NCBI RefSeq assembly: GCF_964188315.1
Contig: NC_135655.1
Span: 57,412,001 to 57,476,000 of the forward strand
Direction of reading: 5' to 3'
From: Podarcis muralis
Lineage: Eukaryota
Length of the DNA: 64,000 bases
Shown piece by piece: positions 48,501-62,100 of the stretch (the first letter of the stretch is position 1; the number at the start of each line of letters is the position of its first letter). The notes under the pieces were generated by a model. The model saw only the letters and a program-made list of their open reading frames with translations, had not been told where the DNA came from and made no database searches. A program made the translations under genes and the position numbers.

Positions 48501-51426
48501 GACAGTGAAAACACTTTTTAAGAAGCATAATGTATATGAATGGAAAGGTCATATTTCTGCAATCCTACATTTGGATAACCTACATTTGGGAATAATTGTT
48601 CATATTCCCAATGCTTTTCAAATATTTCCTGTAGAGTGTAGGCCACATAGAGCCTATAGCAACTATGAATCAAAACATTATCCTGTACTGATTACATGTC
48701 TATGTTCTGTCATAATCTTTTTTTAACAAATGTCCAGTGAAAAAAATAATACACAGCTGGCAGCATTGTCAAATAGCAGCAAAGCATTTATGCAGCATTG
48801 ACACACTGTTTGAAAGCAGCAAGGTTTCTGAAAATTTTCCAGAAGAGTCCAACAAGTGCCTAAGGGCACAGTGAAACCCATTAGCTCACTACAACCAGTG
48901 CTTTTTTCTCTCTAGAAAAATAGCTGCTGGTACCATGAAGCTGTTACAGCAAGTGGCACACTTCTTAACAACAACAAAAAGGTGTCAGTACTGCATACCT
49001 TTGAGTAGCACCTGAAAAAAGAGCACTGACTACAATAATATGTAACTATAATATTTTTTCCAATAAAGATTCCAATGAAAGTAGAAATGTTGCCAGATTT
49101 ACCAAAATTTCTACCAGAGCCAGTACTGCATACAGCTTGACACAAACATGACTACATGCATAATATATACATTTTGTGAATAATTTTGCATCTAATTAGT
49201 CTGACTTTTTAAAAGAAAAAATCCAAACATCTGGTGGTCATCAAGTTGGCAAAGGCTGTTTTAGTATATAAAGAATGCTCAGGCAGACATTTTTAAAGGG
49301 GCAGGGAGGCACAAAACAGTTGATCTGTTGCCTGTTGCCAGGCAATATGGAAGTTTTGTGTGTGTGTGTTTGCTGGGTCAACCCCAGGCTGAAGGAGCTG
49401 AGGGGTCAGGGGAAAATCCACAGGATGAAGAAAATAAAAATCCCTTTAGGATGCCTAGGTGCAAAAGATGACAGGGGCTCCTAAACTTTTAACAGTATCA
49501 GAGGGAATTCCAGCAGGTGTAGTTTGCCTGATAAGCTACACCTGCTGAAATTCCTGCTCCTGCACAGGTATTAAAGGTACAGGAATGTGTGACTTGCACG
49601 TAGGCACCCAACTTGAGACTGAGGGCTCACTACAGCCCTATTTTAAGCCCCACTTTGAACCTGACTCAGTTGCTGCTAGCAGAGCATTCCTATATACATC
49701 TGCTCACTGTTAAGTCCCATTAAATTCAGCGGAGCTTACTCCCAGGAAAGTGTGCCTATGATTGTAGCCTAAGCACCACAGCATCTGAGTTATATAAATC
49801 GGCATAGTTGCAATGAGTTCCCTAGCCATCAGTTTTCTTTCTCCATGTTCTTCAACTTGTTCCTAACAAGCTCTGAAATGACCCTATCTGTATCCCCAAG
49901 GATTGCCCTTTTGTGAATTAATGTGAATGAAATAATCTAGTATAGATAAACAAACAGGCATGCTTCTTGTAAGTAAAAGGGGTTGAATATTTTTTTATAA
50001 AGCCATTTTCCCAGTAAAAGAGAGAGAGAGAGAGAGAAAGAGCATCACACCAGCCAGAATAAGGAAGGACACAGATATTGTGTGCTTTGAAAAAGATACA
50101 GATATGGAATGTGGTGAAAATTGGCTGCAAGCCTGGGAATCAGTTATTGCTAACTGGTTTGAAGAAAAAAAGAAATAGAAGATTAGTAGAGCCCCAAGTC
50201 AGAAGAAGAACAGACACAACAGGATTCTGTCATGGCTGCACAAGATATCACCAAAGAGGCAAGGGTAACTAGCTACCTGTGCAAGTATGAAGTGTAAATG
50301 GCAGTGTAAAAACCTGCTATTCTGCTGGTTAAAGATAATAAAAAGGTAAAAGAAAATCAAACTGTCTAGATTCCTGCTCTTGCATAGTGGTTTTGATCAC
50401 CCACTGGGCCTAGTGGCACTTTTAAGAAAATAAAATTAGCAACACCCCCTAAGCCTCTCATGGAGAACATAGGACAATGATATAGTGCCAAAAGAAATTA
50501 GAAGTGCTGCAGGCCAAAGGGGGTAAGGAAGTAAGCCAGGGAATGACGATAGGCACCCACCCAGGTTTGATGTTTAGCAGAGCAAACCTATACTGTACAT
50601 GTCTTCTCAGAACCAAATTTCACCAAGTGCAACAGGATTTACGCCCAGGTAAGTGAAATAACTCCCTCTCACAGTACCCTCAGGTGACGAGGACCAACTG
50701 AAATGGACCCAAAACTGAGCCAGGAGCAATGGTATCTAATGAATACCTACTAAATGGCAATGTCATATTAGACACAATATTATCCCAGCAATAAACTCCA
50801 CAACTCAGCCCCTGTAAAATGCACACATTATTAATATAAACCATTCATTTCACAATCTCCTATAACAGCACATTTATTGTGCAGATCAAGCCCAGCCCAC
50901 TGAACCTTCACAAGAATTTGCCAGACTATTTATTCCAGTCCGCAAAATGTTGGAAGGTGTGTCTTCCTTGATGGCCACGTGGCCAGCCTTGAACTTCTCA
51001 CACCCCCCATCTAAAAGGGGCCGCCGCTACAATTCAGGGCTGCTCAGAACTGACTTTGTGGAGTAGCAGTGCGCACATTTTAGTTTTTCCGACGTGGCAC
51101 CTGTTTAAATAACGACCGAGAAACCTCTGGCTGGTGACTTTTTCCTCTGACAGCCTTTTTCTCCTTTGGATATCTGGCAACAGTTTTCAGTAGGCGGGTT
51201 CCCAGCTGTGCTTCAACATCAAATACAGACGCAGAGCGTCCTTCAGCAGACCACATAGCAGATTCAGATACGGATCTTAAAACTGAAACCCTGCTCGGGG
51301 GAGGGAGGAAGCGGCGGGGAATCTGCTGGATTGCATAGAGAACATCCCGTTTTCTATTTCCAGGCGCTGCAGCTGAGCAATAATTAGCAGGTGCTATTTG
51401 ATCGAGGATCTATCAGAGTTCGGTCC

Positions 51427-51674
51427 TGGGCGTAGCCAGGAATTATGTTTGCGGGGAGCGGGCGGGCAGGACACCCACCTGGCACCATCCTCTGGCAGAT
51501 TCGGAATGAAAAGTCTCAAGAACAGTTGTTTTGAATTACTTTGTTTTGACCCCAAGTGCTCAAAAAAAAAATCTCTCAAATTCTTTCTACAGTTTCTGCA
51601 TTTAGTTAAATATTTTTATTGATTGACTTGATTTAGGAGGGGGGCAGTTGCTCCCCCCCCCCCCGCTATGCCCA
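51427..51674. mobile_element. hAT-like MITE with TGGGCGTAGC/GCTATGCCCA ends (related partial copy at about 46733-46840)
   Basis: Short imperfect TIRs and shared GGGGGGCAG.TGC.CCCC subterminal motif; no TSD recognised. Confidence 0.55.
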
Positions 51675-51899
51675 TAAGTAGCGTTTATTTACCTTTCTTT
51701 CACCAGCGACAGAGAGGAGCTGTGTACCATGCATTTAAAGCATATAAAGTCCCCCAGGTATCCTGGGAACCATAATTTACCTCTCGCCGAGCTACAATTT
51801 CCAGCACCTGTAACAAACTACAGGCCCTCCCCCTTTTTTTAAATGGGAGTCCTGAGCTACAAATTCCTATCAAAGACAGTTTTGGATTTACTGGCAACC

Positions 51900-52460
51900 G
51901 AGCCGTTCCCTCTAGTTAACCCATGACGTCACCCTCTCCGCTAGCCCTTAAGCCAATCAGGAATGCCGCCCTCGGCCAATGAGGCTAAACCGAGGCTGGC
52001 TTTTGCTATATAAAAAACAATTTCCCAAGGCAGAGCAGAGCAGCCGAGAGGCGTGTGCAAGTGGAAGCGCGGAGCAGCCGAGGAGGGGTGAGTGCAAGGG
52101 GCCTTTTCTTCCGCCAGGGTTTTCTTGATCATCAGCGACACACCCGCGGCTTCTTCTCCAGTCTTTCCAGCGCCTTCACTCTGTCCCTTTGCAAGATGCG
52201 AGCGGCGCGAATGGGGTCGGATCCCTGGGCTGATCTGGGACGTGGGCGGGTCGTCATGGGGAAAGCGCGTGGAAGGCATTCGGGAGCGGCAGCGTGACCG
52301 AAATAGTTGCCCACTTAGTAGGCCGGTCTCGCGGAGAAGCCGAGGCAGGCGCAGCAATGCCCGGTTTCAGCGCGGGGCTTGGAGGACGCGGCGCCGATTC
52401 CCCCCCCTCCCGCGGTACGAAGCGAAGGGAAATGCGCACCTATCGATGCTGGGGGAGAGG
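51900..52460 (+). promoter_or_regulatory. CpG island promoter of the second CD59-like gene: CCAAT boxes 51953 and 51976, TATA 52007-52016, probable non-coding exon 1 ending at 52087
   Basis: Two CCAAT motifs then TATATAAAAA at canonical spacing; strong donor GG|GTGAGT at 52087/52088. Link to the coding exon at 55278 is inferred. Confidence 0.75.
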
Positions 52461-55277
52461 TTTCCGTCATGCTGGAGAGCATTATCGTTATTTATATAAT
52501 AAATGCACAGGCTTGTCGTATATAAGGCCCTTCCCATCTAGTTGCTCATTCCGGCGCATGGGCAGGGCCATAGGCGTAGCCTTAAATATAAATAAATAAT
52601 CAATAAATCAATAAAAGTGCTTAACTGAGGCTCTGTCTTCCCCCAACAAAAGCTTGCTGCCCCCTCAAAAAAAAAATAAAAAAAAAAATCCTGGCCACGC
52701 CCATGGTGGGGAACTGGATTCACTACATTTCTGTATGATCCGGATCGGTTGCACTGGGAGTTGGGGGAAATAATGGAAGTCTGTCTCGGTCCCTAGAGGG
52801 CGGTGGCTTGTCTACTTAGCGATGGTCTCAGAGGTACCTACCTGACTATTCCTCGCAGTAGGAACCTGCAATGTCCGCACCTCCTGCCATTTATTCTCCT
52901 CAGGTGGGGAAATGTTATTGTAAAGGTATTAGCAAATGAAACTTAACAAGAGGAAAGAGGGGAGGTGTAAAATAGCATCCTACATTTCACAAGGCAAAAT
53001 GTTACACGAAGGTGCTGCAGATCCAACCTGGTGTGACCCAACCCTACTTGCTTGTGGAAAGTTTGCTGCCTACTGAGGAATATGTATTGGTGTGGCCCAT
53101 GGCTGATTTTTCATCTGGGCCTCTAGAGCAGAGCTTTCCAGACTTTCCATGTTGGTGACATGCATCATTTCGCAAAACAGTAATTAAGTTTTACTAGCAA
53201 ACCAGAGGTTAAACCGTTTCCAGCCCCGGCAGGAGCGCCCTGAGCATTCGCGCAACACACCTACACACTGCAGCCGAGGCACTAACATGTCGGAGCACCT
53301 CTTCCGTTGGAGAGGAATTCATCCTGTTTTGTTATTACTTCAAAGTGAACTGTTGTGTGGGGAAATGGCAACCAAAAAAAGCAATGAGCTGCATTGCTGA
53401 GTTCAATTCTGGTCCAGTCTGCAGGCACTATGAAAGCAAAACTGGAGGAAGGAAACTTTGGCCAAGAAGCTTTGACTGATGACTGAGGTGTCAAGCAGGC
53501 AGAAATGTTTTGTTAGAAGCAGAAATACTGACAAGACCACAGTCCAGATAAGAGGGTTCACCAGTTTAAAGAAGAAAAGAGCTTTGTTACTCTATGCAGC
53601 TAGTAGTGCTGGGTGATAAGGTTTGATACCACATCAAGCCCATAAATAACGGAAACCGTTTTTGCAGTTTTCTCGTCTTGTCACTGCTACAGAATGAATT
53701 TTAGTTGAGGGTAAAAGAGAGAATTAAAGCAACAAGTCATCAAACCGGAAACGGTTTTTGGGATGTTTGGGAACAGAGTAGTCTTATTTTTATCCTCTGG
53801 ATTCAATCTTAGTGTCATTGTTTCCACACTAAGTTTTTCCTGATGTCTTTTGTGCTGTGGTATATTTTGTCTGCAGAAGAAAAACATCGCTTTCAGATTC
53901 CATTCTTGTTGCTAGTAAAGAAACATTTTTCTTTGATTTTTACCTGGGCTAATCCTCAGTTTTGAATTTCCTGGATGCTATATATTGGCTGTGAATCCAA
54001 GAACTAAGGAGCTTGTTTCCATTCCTGGGATTCCATTGGTAGATAAGTTTTTCTCAAGCTAGAAGGCCAAGTAGTTAGGACAACTAGGCTTATACAATCT
54101 GCTTTTAATAGTGGTGTTTAGGTGGGGTGTTTAACTGGTGGAGTTTAGGTGGTCCAATATAGTATTCAGCAATGGTTAAATAAGTTGTACTTGATTACAG
54201 TACATAAGATTATAATTTTGTACATAACAGCCACTTTGTATTTTCCTTACCCGAAGATTCATCCATATATGATGCGCTATTAGATTTCTCTTTGGTCAGA
54301 GGAGGTTGGTCTATGAGGGCAAATGGGGCACTACCCCAACTTCAGTCGACGCTCACCTGCCTCCTTACTTAGAACCAGCCCAGAGGGTGGCACTGGCTAT
54401 CCATTTCCACCTCCTCAATGTTGGCGTTGTAGCCTGATGAGGGTGGGGGACAAGCCTAGACTTAGTTGTCTCCACCTGTCTCTGGCTCGAACTACAATTG
54501 GTCTCCTTACATTCTGCCCCTGTGTTAACATAGGATAGTGCATATAGAAAATGGGTGACATGCCAGTCCTTGTAAGTTTTTCTGCACCACACATTTGCAG
54601 TGTTACCAGTTTTGCGCAAGACTGCTGTTTTGGCCTTCTCATTAGATTTGCTACTTTTTTCTTGCTCCAGAACAGCTTGATTAAACTACGATTTGCCAAA
54701 AGAAATAGAATTGTGGCTGCAAATAAAGTTATTGGCACCAAAGAGGGATTGGAGTGGTTGTGCATCACTGGGTAAAGGGGTGGCAATGAGAGTTTGGTGT
54801 AGAAATTGGGTGGATTTGCCCACAATTTAAGAGATGCAAGCAAATTTCACTCTTGTGTAAGACCTCTGTTAAGCAAACAGAAATGGGTGTTGCGCCCCAC
54901 AAAAAAGCACATGCCTCCATTTTGCTCATTGTGAGGCATGTTAACAAAGGATGGTAACATTTGCTTTTGTGGAATTGTGCAGGTTGGTTGGTTGCTGTAG
55001 TGGAAGTCTGCACAAGGTTTTCCACTAACACAGCTGGGCTTGCCTCTCTTCCTCCAACAAAATGCTCTGAAATTGGCTCTGGTGCGGGTTCGGAGGATTC
55101 CAGAACAGCTCAAGGATGGGAGGAGATAGGGGATTGTTCCATCTGGCAAGTTGAAAAGATTCTGCTGACAGAACAGTTGCCGTAGTGCTACATTGAATTG
55201 TTGCTTCAGAACATCCAGTACCAACCAAACTGTGTTTTTGCTTTATAGGCTAAGGCTGGAAAAATAATAACTGGAAG

Positions 55278-57745
55278 ATGAAGACTCTTGTTACCACCGT
55301 TTTGATCGCCACATTTGTTCTGACTTTGTTCAGCCACTTTGGTAAGTATGCAAGTGCGCTATTAAAAATACTGCGAACTTAGAGCAAGGCACTGAGCAGA
55401 GGAGGTGGGCTTCACAAAAAGGGGTTCAGGGGCTGGGAGAGAAACGTGGACTTGAACAGTTGTTGCTGGTATTTCCCCTAAAGAGTAATAGATATGGGGG
55501 GCGGTTTCTGGTGGGCTATGATTCTAGTAGGCCAAGAAGGACTGCTTAATTTTGACTCCTGGAGGCAAACCTACTGGGATGTGGTAGGTTCTTCCTTTGT
55601 AGGTAGTTCTTCAGAGATGCCAGCCACTGCTTATGGCTCATAGCTTAAGCTATACTTGTGGTATTATACTTGCGGTATTGCTGTTGAAACTGGTTTGTGC
55701 TGACTCCAGCTGTATTGTAGTCAGATCTTCTAGAACTGAATCGGGAACTCTAGAACAGACTTCTTCATATGGCTCTTTTGCATACATACTAGATTATACT
55801 TGGTTCCCTCGATGAGAAAAGCCTTGCATTAATGCCACAAACTATTTTTATTTATTTGGTTCAAATTTATAATTCCTTTTTTCCTTTCCATGGGAAACCC
55901 GTGATGACACACAATAAAATTACATAAAGTGGTTCAAAACCACTTTAGAATACAATGATACAGGCAGGGATTTTTTCCTCCAGAGGCAGTTGGACTCCAC
56001 ATCTCATATATTTTGCCTATGCTGACAGGACTGGTGGGTTTTGAAGTCCAGTAATCTCTGGAGGATTGTAGCTTCCCATGTTGGAAGGACAACAGAGATC
56101 ATTCTGAGTGCAACTTAAGGATGAATTCTATTGTTACTGTTAAAGTGAACTAGGTGGTGGTGGGGAGTTTTACATAGCAACCAGGTAAGGTGGCATGATC
56201 TTTACTAAAGCACTATGTGCTCTGATGAGCTGTGACATCTGATATGTCTTTGTGGTACGCTTAAACACTTTTAACTTCTGTTTTAATTATTTCTACATCA
56301 ATATTATAGTTCAAGCTTGTTACTAGGAATCTAGTTTAATGATGGAAGCCTGCAATAAGACCATTTCTATTCTCCTCCCCTCTTTCATTTAGGAGCTGCC
56401 TTAAAATGTTATCAGTGTCTGGATGGTATAGGTCCATGTAAAACGAACGTCACATGCTCAGGTGATACTGATTCTTGCATATTGGTAAACTTGGGTAAGT
56501 ATGCTGCCTTATCTGAATCATGTGTAACTTGTGATTAAGTACAATTTTAAAAACTATTTTCTTTACTTCATTATGGTCAGCACTTGTATTTTCTGCATTT
56601 TTTTCTCCCAACTCACTGAAGTGAGGCCTTTTCTTCAAATTATTGTAGGGATAGGTTGTTGAGGAGATTGCATTGGTTTAAATATGGCATTAGGCAAATT
56701 TAATTGTCCTGCTTCTGACTCTTCTCTCCCCATCCTCATTAATATTCTTCATTAACTGCTGGTTGTACACCTAGCATTGTACTTTTTGGGGTACATTTTA
56801 TGATGTGGAAGTCTCTGGGCTGATTTAATTAGATGAAACATTAAGGGAAGGTGGAAGGGGGTCCCTGAGCATTTTAAAGTTGGGCAATCCATGAGAATGG
56901 ATGTAACCTAATACTTGTAAGAAAATTAGTTTATCTTTCTTGCATTGTACCACAAAAAGTAGAGCTCTCTCCCTGAGACACTGTTCTTGATACGGTGATA
57001 CATTTTTTTGGAACGTGAATCTAAAATGTTTTCATAATAAATGCATATTAAAAACAAATGTTGAGTGATAAATCATACAAACTACAGCTTTTGTACTTAA
57101 AGAAGTAAAGTAGGCCTTGGATTCAATGTGAAATTATTGTACACATTTTCATTTCCCCTTAATTTTCTCCTTTGCCCCTGTGCAGAGAAGCAAATGGGTG
57201 TTGGATGGTTATTTTGGCTTGATACTATTCCCTTTGTTACTGGAATAGGAAGCTGGCTGCTTCTTCAAATAGCTCTTGTAAAGTAAACTATCTCAAATAA
57301 GATTTGGGGGCCAATACATGGTTTATTTTTTTCTTTTTAGATGCTGTCTCTATATTTTTATCACAGTATTTTAAAAGCCACCTTGCGTGTTTTGAACAGA
57401 TAGGCAATATTTTTTAAAATAACTGTAAGGAAGGTATGGAAGGCTTAAATAGACATTCTTAAACTCTCCTCCCCCTCCCCCAATTTTCTTGCTCAGCAGG
57501 AAAGTAAACTACTTTCCATAAAATCTTGTCTGTGTTTTTTTTAAGGTACTGGAAGAAATATCTCTACGTGCTGGAAATACTCCAACTGTGAAATTGACTT
57601 TATTGAGAAAGAATTCAAGACTGGAAACTTCAAATTTCATTGTTGCCAAAAAGATTTGTGTAATGGCAGCCCAGTTACAGCAGGTAGTAAGATGGTCCTT
57701 GGCTTAACTTCTGTGCTGATCGCAATCCAGATGCTCGGCTTCTGA
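55278..57745 (+). CDS. CD59: CD59-like glycoprotein, copy B: exons 55278-55341, 56393-56494, 57546-57745; 121 aa
   Basis: MKTLVTTVLIATFVLTLFSHFGAA-LKCYQCLDGIGPCKTNVTCSGDTDSCILVNLGTGRNISTCWKYSNCEIDFIEKEFKTGNFKFHCCQKDLCN-GSPVTAGSKMVLGLTSVLIAIQMLGF. First two exon sizes (64, 102 nt) and phases same as copy A; 10 Cys; CWK; GPI signal. AATAAA at 58055. Confidence 0.92.
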
Positions 57746-58855
57746 TCTGGAGTAGGAAATACTTTGAACAAAAAGAAGTCATTTCATACCTATTGACAAA
57801 TAGCCTTGTAAGAGAGAGCACCACACATTGAGAACAGAGACCGAATAAATCAGGGAAAATGGAAAGTAGAATAGCAAAACTTGTTTACTACATTGTAGTC
57901 ACTGCATTGTGGGTTTTTCTTTGTGGTGCTTCATTCTACTTGTAAACTTGTATCACTTTTGTGCACTTCAACTTTTCATAGCAGAGTTTTTGAATCTAAT
58001 GAAACTGCCAACTTATTTTTCATCTTTTCCTATCTGTAAGACTTTTATCTCAATAATAAAAGTGTCTACTTGACATTTGAACTGCATACCCTTTCATCAT
58101 GGGCCTCTGTTTCCACACCACAACTTGCAACCAGTTGCACCCGTAGAAAGCATATTTTGCTGGCTACTGTCAAATACACTTTCGGTTCCTATTCTTTCTT
58201 TCCAACATGGCTATAAGGAAGTATTTCTAGTGAGGCATATTTCACATGGTGGGTAAGAGTTCAGAAGGCATTATTTGGACAGTCCTAATCTCCACTTCAT
58301 AAGTTTCCTCATGCCAATGCTGCAGTAACCTTGTAGTCCAGTGACCCTGAGCAGCGTCTTGTGACATCCCATCACGGGTCCGAATGTATTATTGTGCTCT
58401 AGGATTAAATGGGGCAGCATTTCAGACAATGTTTTATCTAGATCTGCAGCTCACAGATAATATAATAGACACTCACTGTCTAGTGCCAATTTTTCTGTGT
58501 GTTCTGTTTAACTTGCCTGCCAACAATCCCTGGAATCTCAGTTCTGCAGCACATGTTTAACTTACCCAACAACCATGATGGGATATTTTATAATTCGCTA
58601 TACAAACAGCAGCTTGGTTGGTGATGTTTTGTTGCTTTTATACTTGTTTATGCACAACCTTTCACATGTTTAAAATATTTCTAAAACCACAATGGCACTC
58701 TCACTCAATAAGTTGTGTCCCTTGATAAGGGTTGCTAAATTAGTTGAAATGCTCTCCAACTATGAGTTCAGAGCAATGATGGGGATGTCACTGGCCATTT
58801 ATTAGTGTCACTGGATAACATGAAGGTTACTTGAACACTGCCCAATAGTCCCCTG

Positions 58856-59102
58856 CTGCGAGAAGCCAAGTTACAGGGAACCAGGCAGAGGGCCTTCTCG
58901 GTAGTGGCACCCACCCTGTGGAACACCCTCCCACCAGATGCTTTCTAAAAGTTTGGTAGCTATTTTTCTCTTTGACATCTAAAGGCAGCCCTGTTTAGGG
59001 AAGCTTTTAATGTTTAATAGATTATTGTATTTTAGTGTTTTGTTGGAAGCCGCTCAAAGTGGCTGGGGAAACCCAGCCAAATGGGTGAGGTATAAATAAA
59101 TA

Positions 59103-59159
<57 letters not shown>

Positions 59160-59160
59160 C
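58856..59160 (+). mobile_element. L2-type LINE 3' end with (ATT)n tail
   Basis: CAGAGGGCCTTCTCGGTAGTGGCACCCACCCTGTGGAAC...GGAAGCCGC...GGTATAAATAAA followed by (ATT)~19; family from recall of squamate L2 ends. Confidence 0.75.
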
Positions 59161-62100
59161 CATGCCAAAGCTGCTATAGGAAACTGGTTCACCAAAGCTG
59201 TCATGTTTAAAAGTAGGGACCCATCACAAATTTTGCACAAGTGGGTAGATGGAAATGAAGGTCATTTTCAAGGCGATGTGGATAACATGTTGCTACCTGA
59301 GACGAAATAGGCTACCTTTAGGAAACTGCTGAAGCTTGTTTATTAACCTTTTTGGATAGGCTTTAAATCAAAACGAAGGCAAGGAGATGTGCTATAAAAC
59401 ATAACAGAAATGGAACTCCCATGTTGAAGGCTAAGGTGTTGTAAAAGAATGCAAATAATTACGGCAGAAACATGACTCTGGACTTCAGTATACTTAACAA
59501 GGTACCTAATAATTTCAATATAAAATACTATGGTTTAAATTGAAGCCCCCAATTATACATGCAAAGTTATTCAACTCCTCCATGGTGGTTGGATCTATTG
59601 TAGCTGGCAATTCCTTTCTCCTGGAAAAACAACAACATAAGATTGTGGAACCCATCACAATGATGTAGCACAGGAGTTGCAGCCACCTGTCTCTGGAATA
59701 TGAGTAGCCCTTTCCTTACAGATAAGTATACTTGCTTGCACAAATAGTTTTAGATCCATGCCCCCCTTTAAAATATACCTAAAGCAACTCCTTATGGTTA
59801 ATAGTACAATAATGCTCATGTATAAACAAACTATTATTAACAGCTTGGCTGGTAGCCAGATTCTACACCCAGATTTGTAGGCACAAATCATCCTCTAGAA
59901 TAAAATAGTTTACTAGGGGAAAGCTGATGTTGCCCTTGGGGCGCCTCAGGGTCAATTTTTATGGTAGCCCAAATCTCAGGTGTACGCGTATATGTACAGG
60001 TATATATCTCAATTTTAATTCAGGAGCTACTGCTGCAAACTGCTCTAATTGTATATTTTATCTTTATGAATGCTGTCATTGTGTTATACAAGCTGGTCTG
60101 ACTGTAATAAATTATCTATTATTAAATTTCTATTCAAGCTTTCATCTGAAGATCACATGGAGATTTGCAATAGATTTGGAGTTGGATTTCGCTTAGAAGA
60201 GCATTGTTTTAGGCAACTGCTCTCAAAAAATACATCTATTATGCAGTTCAGTTATTCAGACATCAATGATTCAGTCAATCTCAACCATTTTTCCATGGAA
60301 TGTTTAACCAAGAGTGTCTGTTAATGTTTCACTGAGAATGGCTCACTTCTGTTGGGCTGGTGGAATTCTACTGGAAATGTTCACATATTTTACTACAAAA
60401 CACTTGGAATAATATAAATTCATTAATATTTGCTGAAGTCCTGAAAAAAAATCAGAGCTATTATCAAATTTCACAAATGCATTCCCTGTGTTGCTGCTTA
60501 TTGTTCATCTGCTCATCTAGTGAAAGAAAATGGTATTACATTTGTGTTAAAAAAGCAGGGTTTTATTTATCTCCTCAAGCAAATGAACCGGCATGCATAT
60601 AAAACAGGTAAAAGCAATCAATAAATCTTTGCATGTAACCTGATCCTGAAATTAGTTATAATTGCAAGAGAAAACATCATTAAACATTATAGGCAGGTCT
60701 AAAAAATAATTTACCTGAACAAAAAAACCCTGGGACAACAACAACCCTTTCGACCTTAAAATTCGGTGGGATGGGCTTATTTGTCTTTGCCAGTGAATTG
60801 CAAAGTAAGGGAGCTGTTATTGAAAAAGCCCTGTAGTGGGAATCTGCCTTTCTTATCCTCCAAGGTAAAGCCTGAGCAGAACCTTATCAGCTGCTCTTGA
60901 AAAGGATTAAGTGTGGGATAACCAGCCTCATACAATCAACATACTTAAGTCTGATTAATGCATGAAGGGGTAAGACCATAGAGAAAACTGTCTTGCCAGG
61001 CTTACCTCACTTTGGGAGCAACTAGGTAATCAAGCCTATTGTTTTCTCCCAGTAGCTGAGAAGCTCAATATGTGAGGAGGTCTCAGCTGGTTGCTCCAAG
61101 GCCAGACCGCATGGTTCCAACAAGCCTCTCTTGAGTTCCTATACCAATAAGTTAGGAATATTCACTACTTTGGAACTAAGCCAAGTTTTATTGCCTGTGC
61201 AACATTTTTCTGAATTCTGTTTGGAAAAGTACATGAATCTGGCCTCTGAAGAGTTTGTAAGCAAACCATTTTTAATGTATTAATATTTTATTGAAAATAT
61301 TTAAATTAAATGAAATAAAGTGAAGAAATAAAAAAGGAATAAGTAAACCATTTTTAACTTACCAAACTTGTGGTCTTTTTGTATGCTAAGGGAAGAGGGG
61401 GACTTTGGAAGGCACTGAGCAGAGCATATTTTAAAGGTCTAACAGCCCATCTTTCCACATTTTACTTTGCTGCATATTTTGTGATTTTAAATCTCTGCTG
61501 GGGTTCTCTCACCAAAGAGTACTTGCCCCAAACCTGGGTCTAGGCATCCAGAAATTCTTGAGTTCCCAGTATTTGTTGGGGCAAGCCATGACTGTTAAAG
61601 TGTATAATATTGCTTTAAATATAAGATGTAGGTGTGGCCTTTGTAGAGTCCTCTTTAACCCCTTTCTGTTTTAACATCCTGAATGTAATTTGATATCATT
61701 AGCAAACTTGGCCACCTCACTACTTACCAAATACAGATCACGGGGTGGCCATGGACGCAGTTTTGAAAGGTAACAGTGACAAATGGCTGGAATCAAACAA
61801 CCATTTGGGGAGGGGGTGGCTATGAACACAGCTCAATATGACAAATGGTGTTGGAGGCAACACACAGGTTGCATTAAGAGGCTGAGAAACATAGGTGGGG
61901 TTTGGGGGGCGTTGACCATTGATGAAATTCTGAAAGTGATGACCAAGTTGGACTTGAAGCTGTAGCTTCTTGCAGGATGGCTGGGAAGCTGTTCTGCTCC
62001 TCAATACTCAGCCACACCTGTATCTTGAGGCAGCTGCTCCAGGAACTGAATGGGAGGCCCTGGTTTGGTCAAGGTCTTTGTAAGAATGGCAACTTCAGCT

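Noticed and set aside
61783-61965. 60-aa ORF with a protein-like end (LTIDEILKVMTKLDLKL) and a donor-like site near 62160
   Set aside because: No match to the genes I would expect downstream (C11orf91, KIAA1549L) and no supporting exon structure; a search would be needed.
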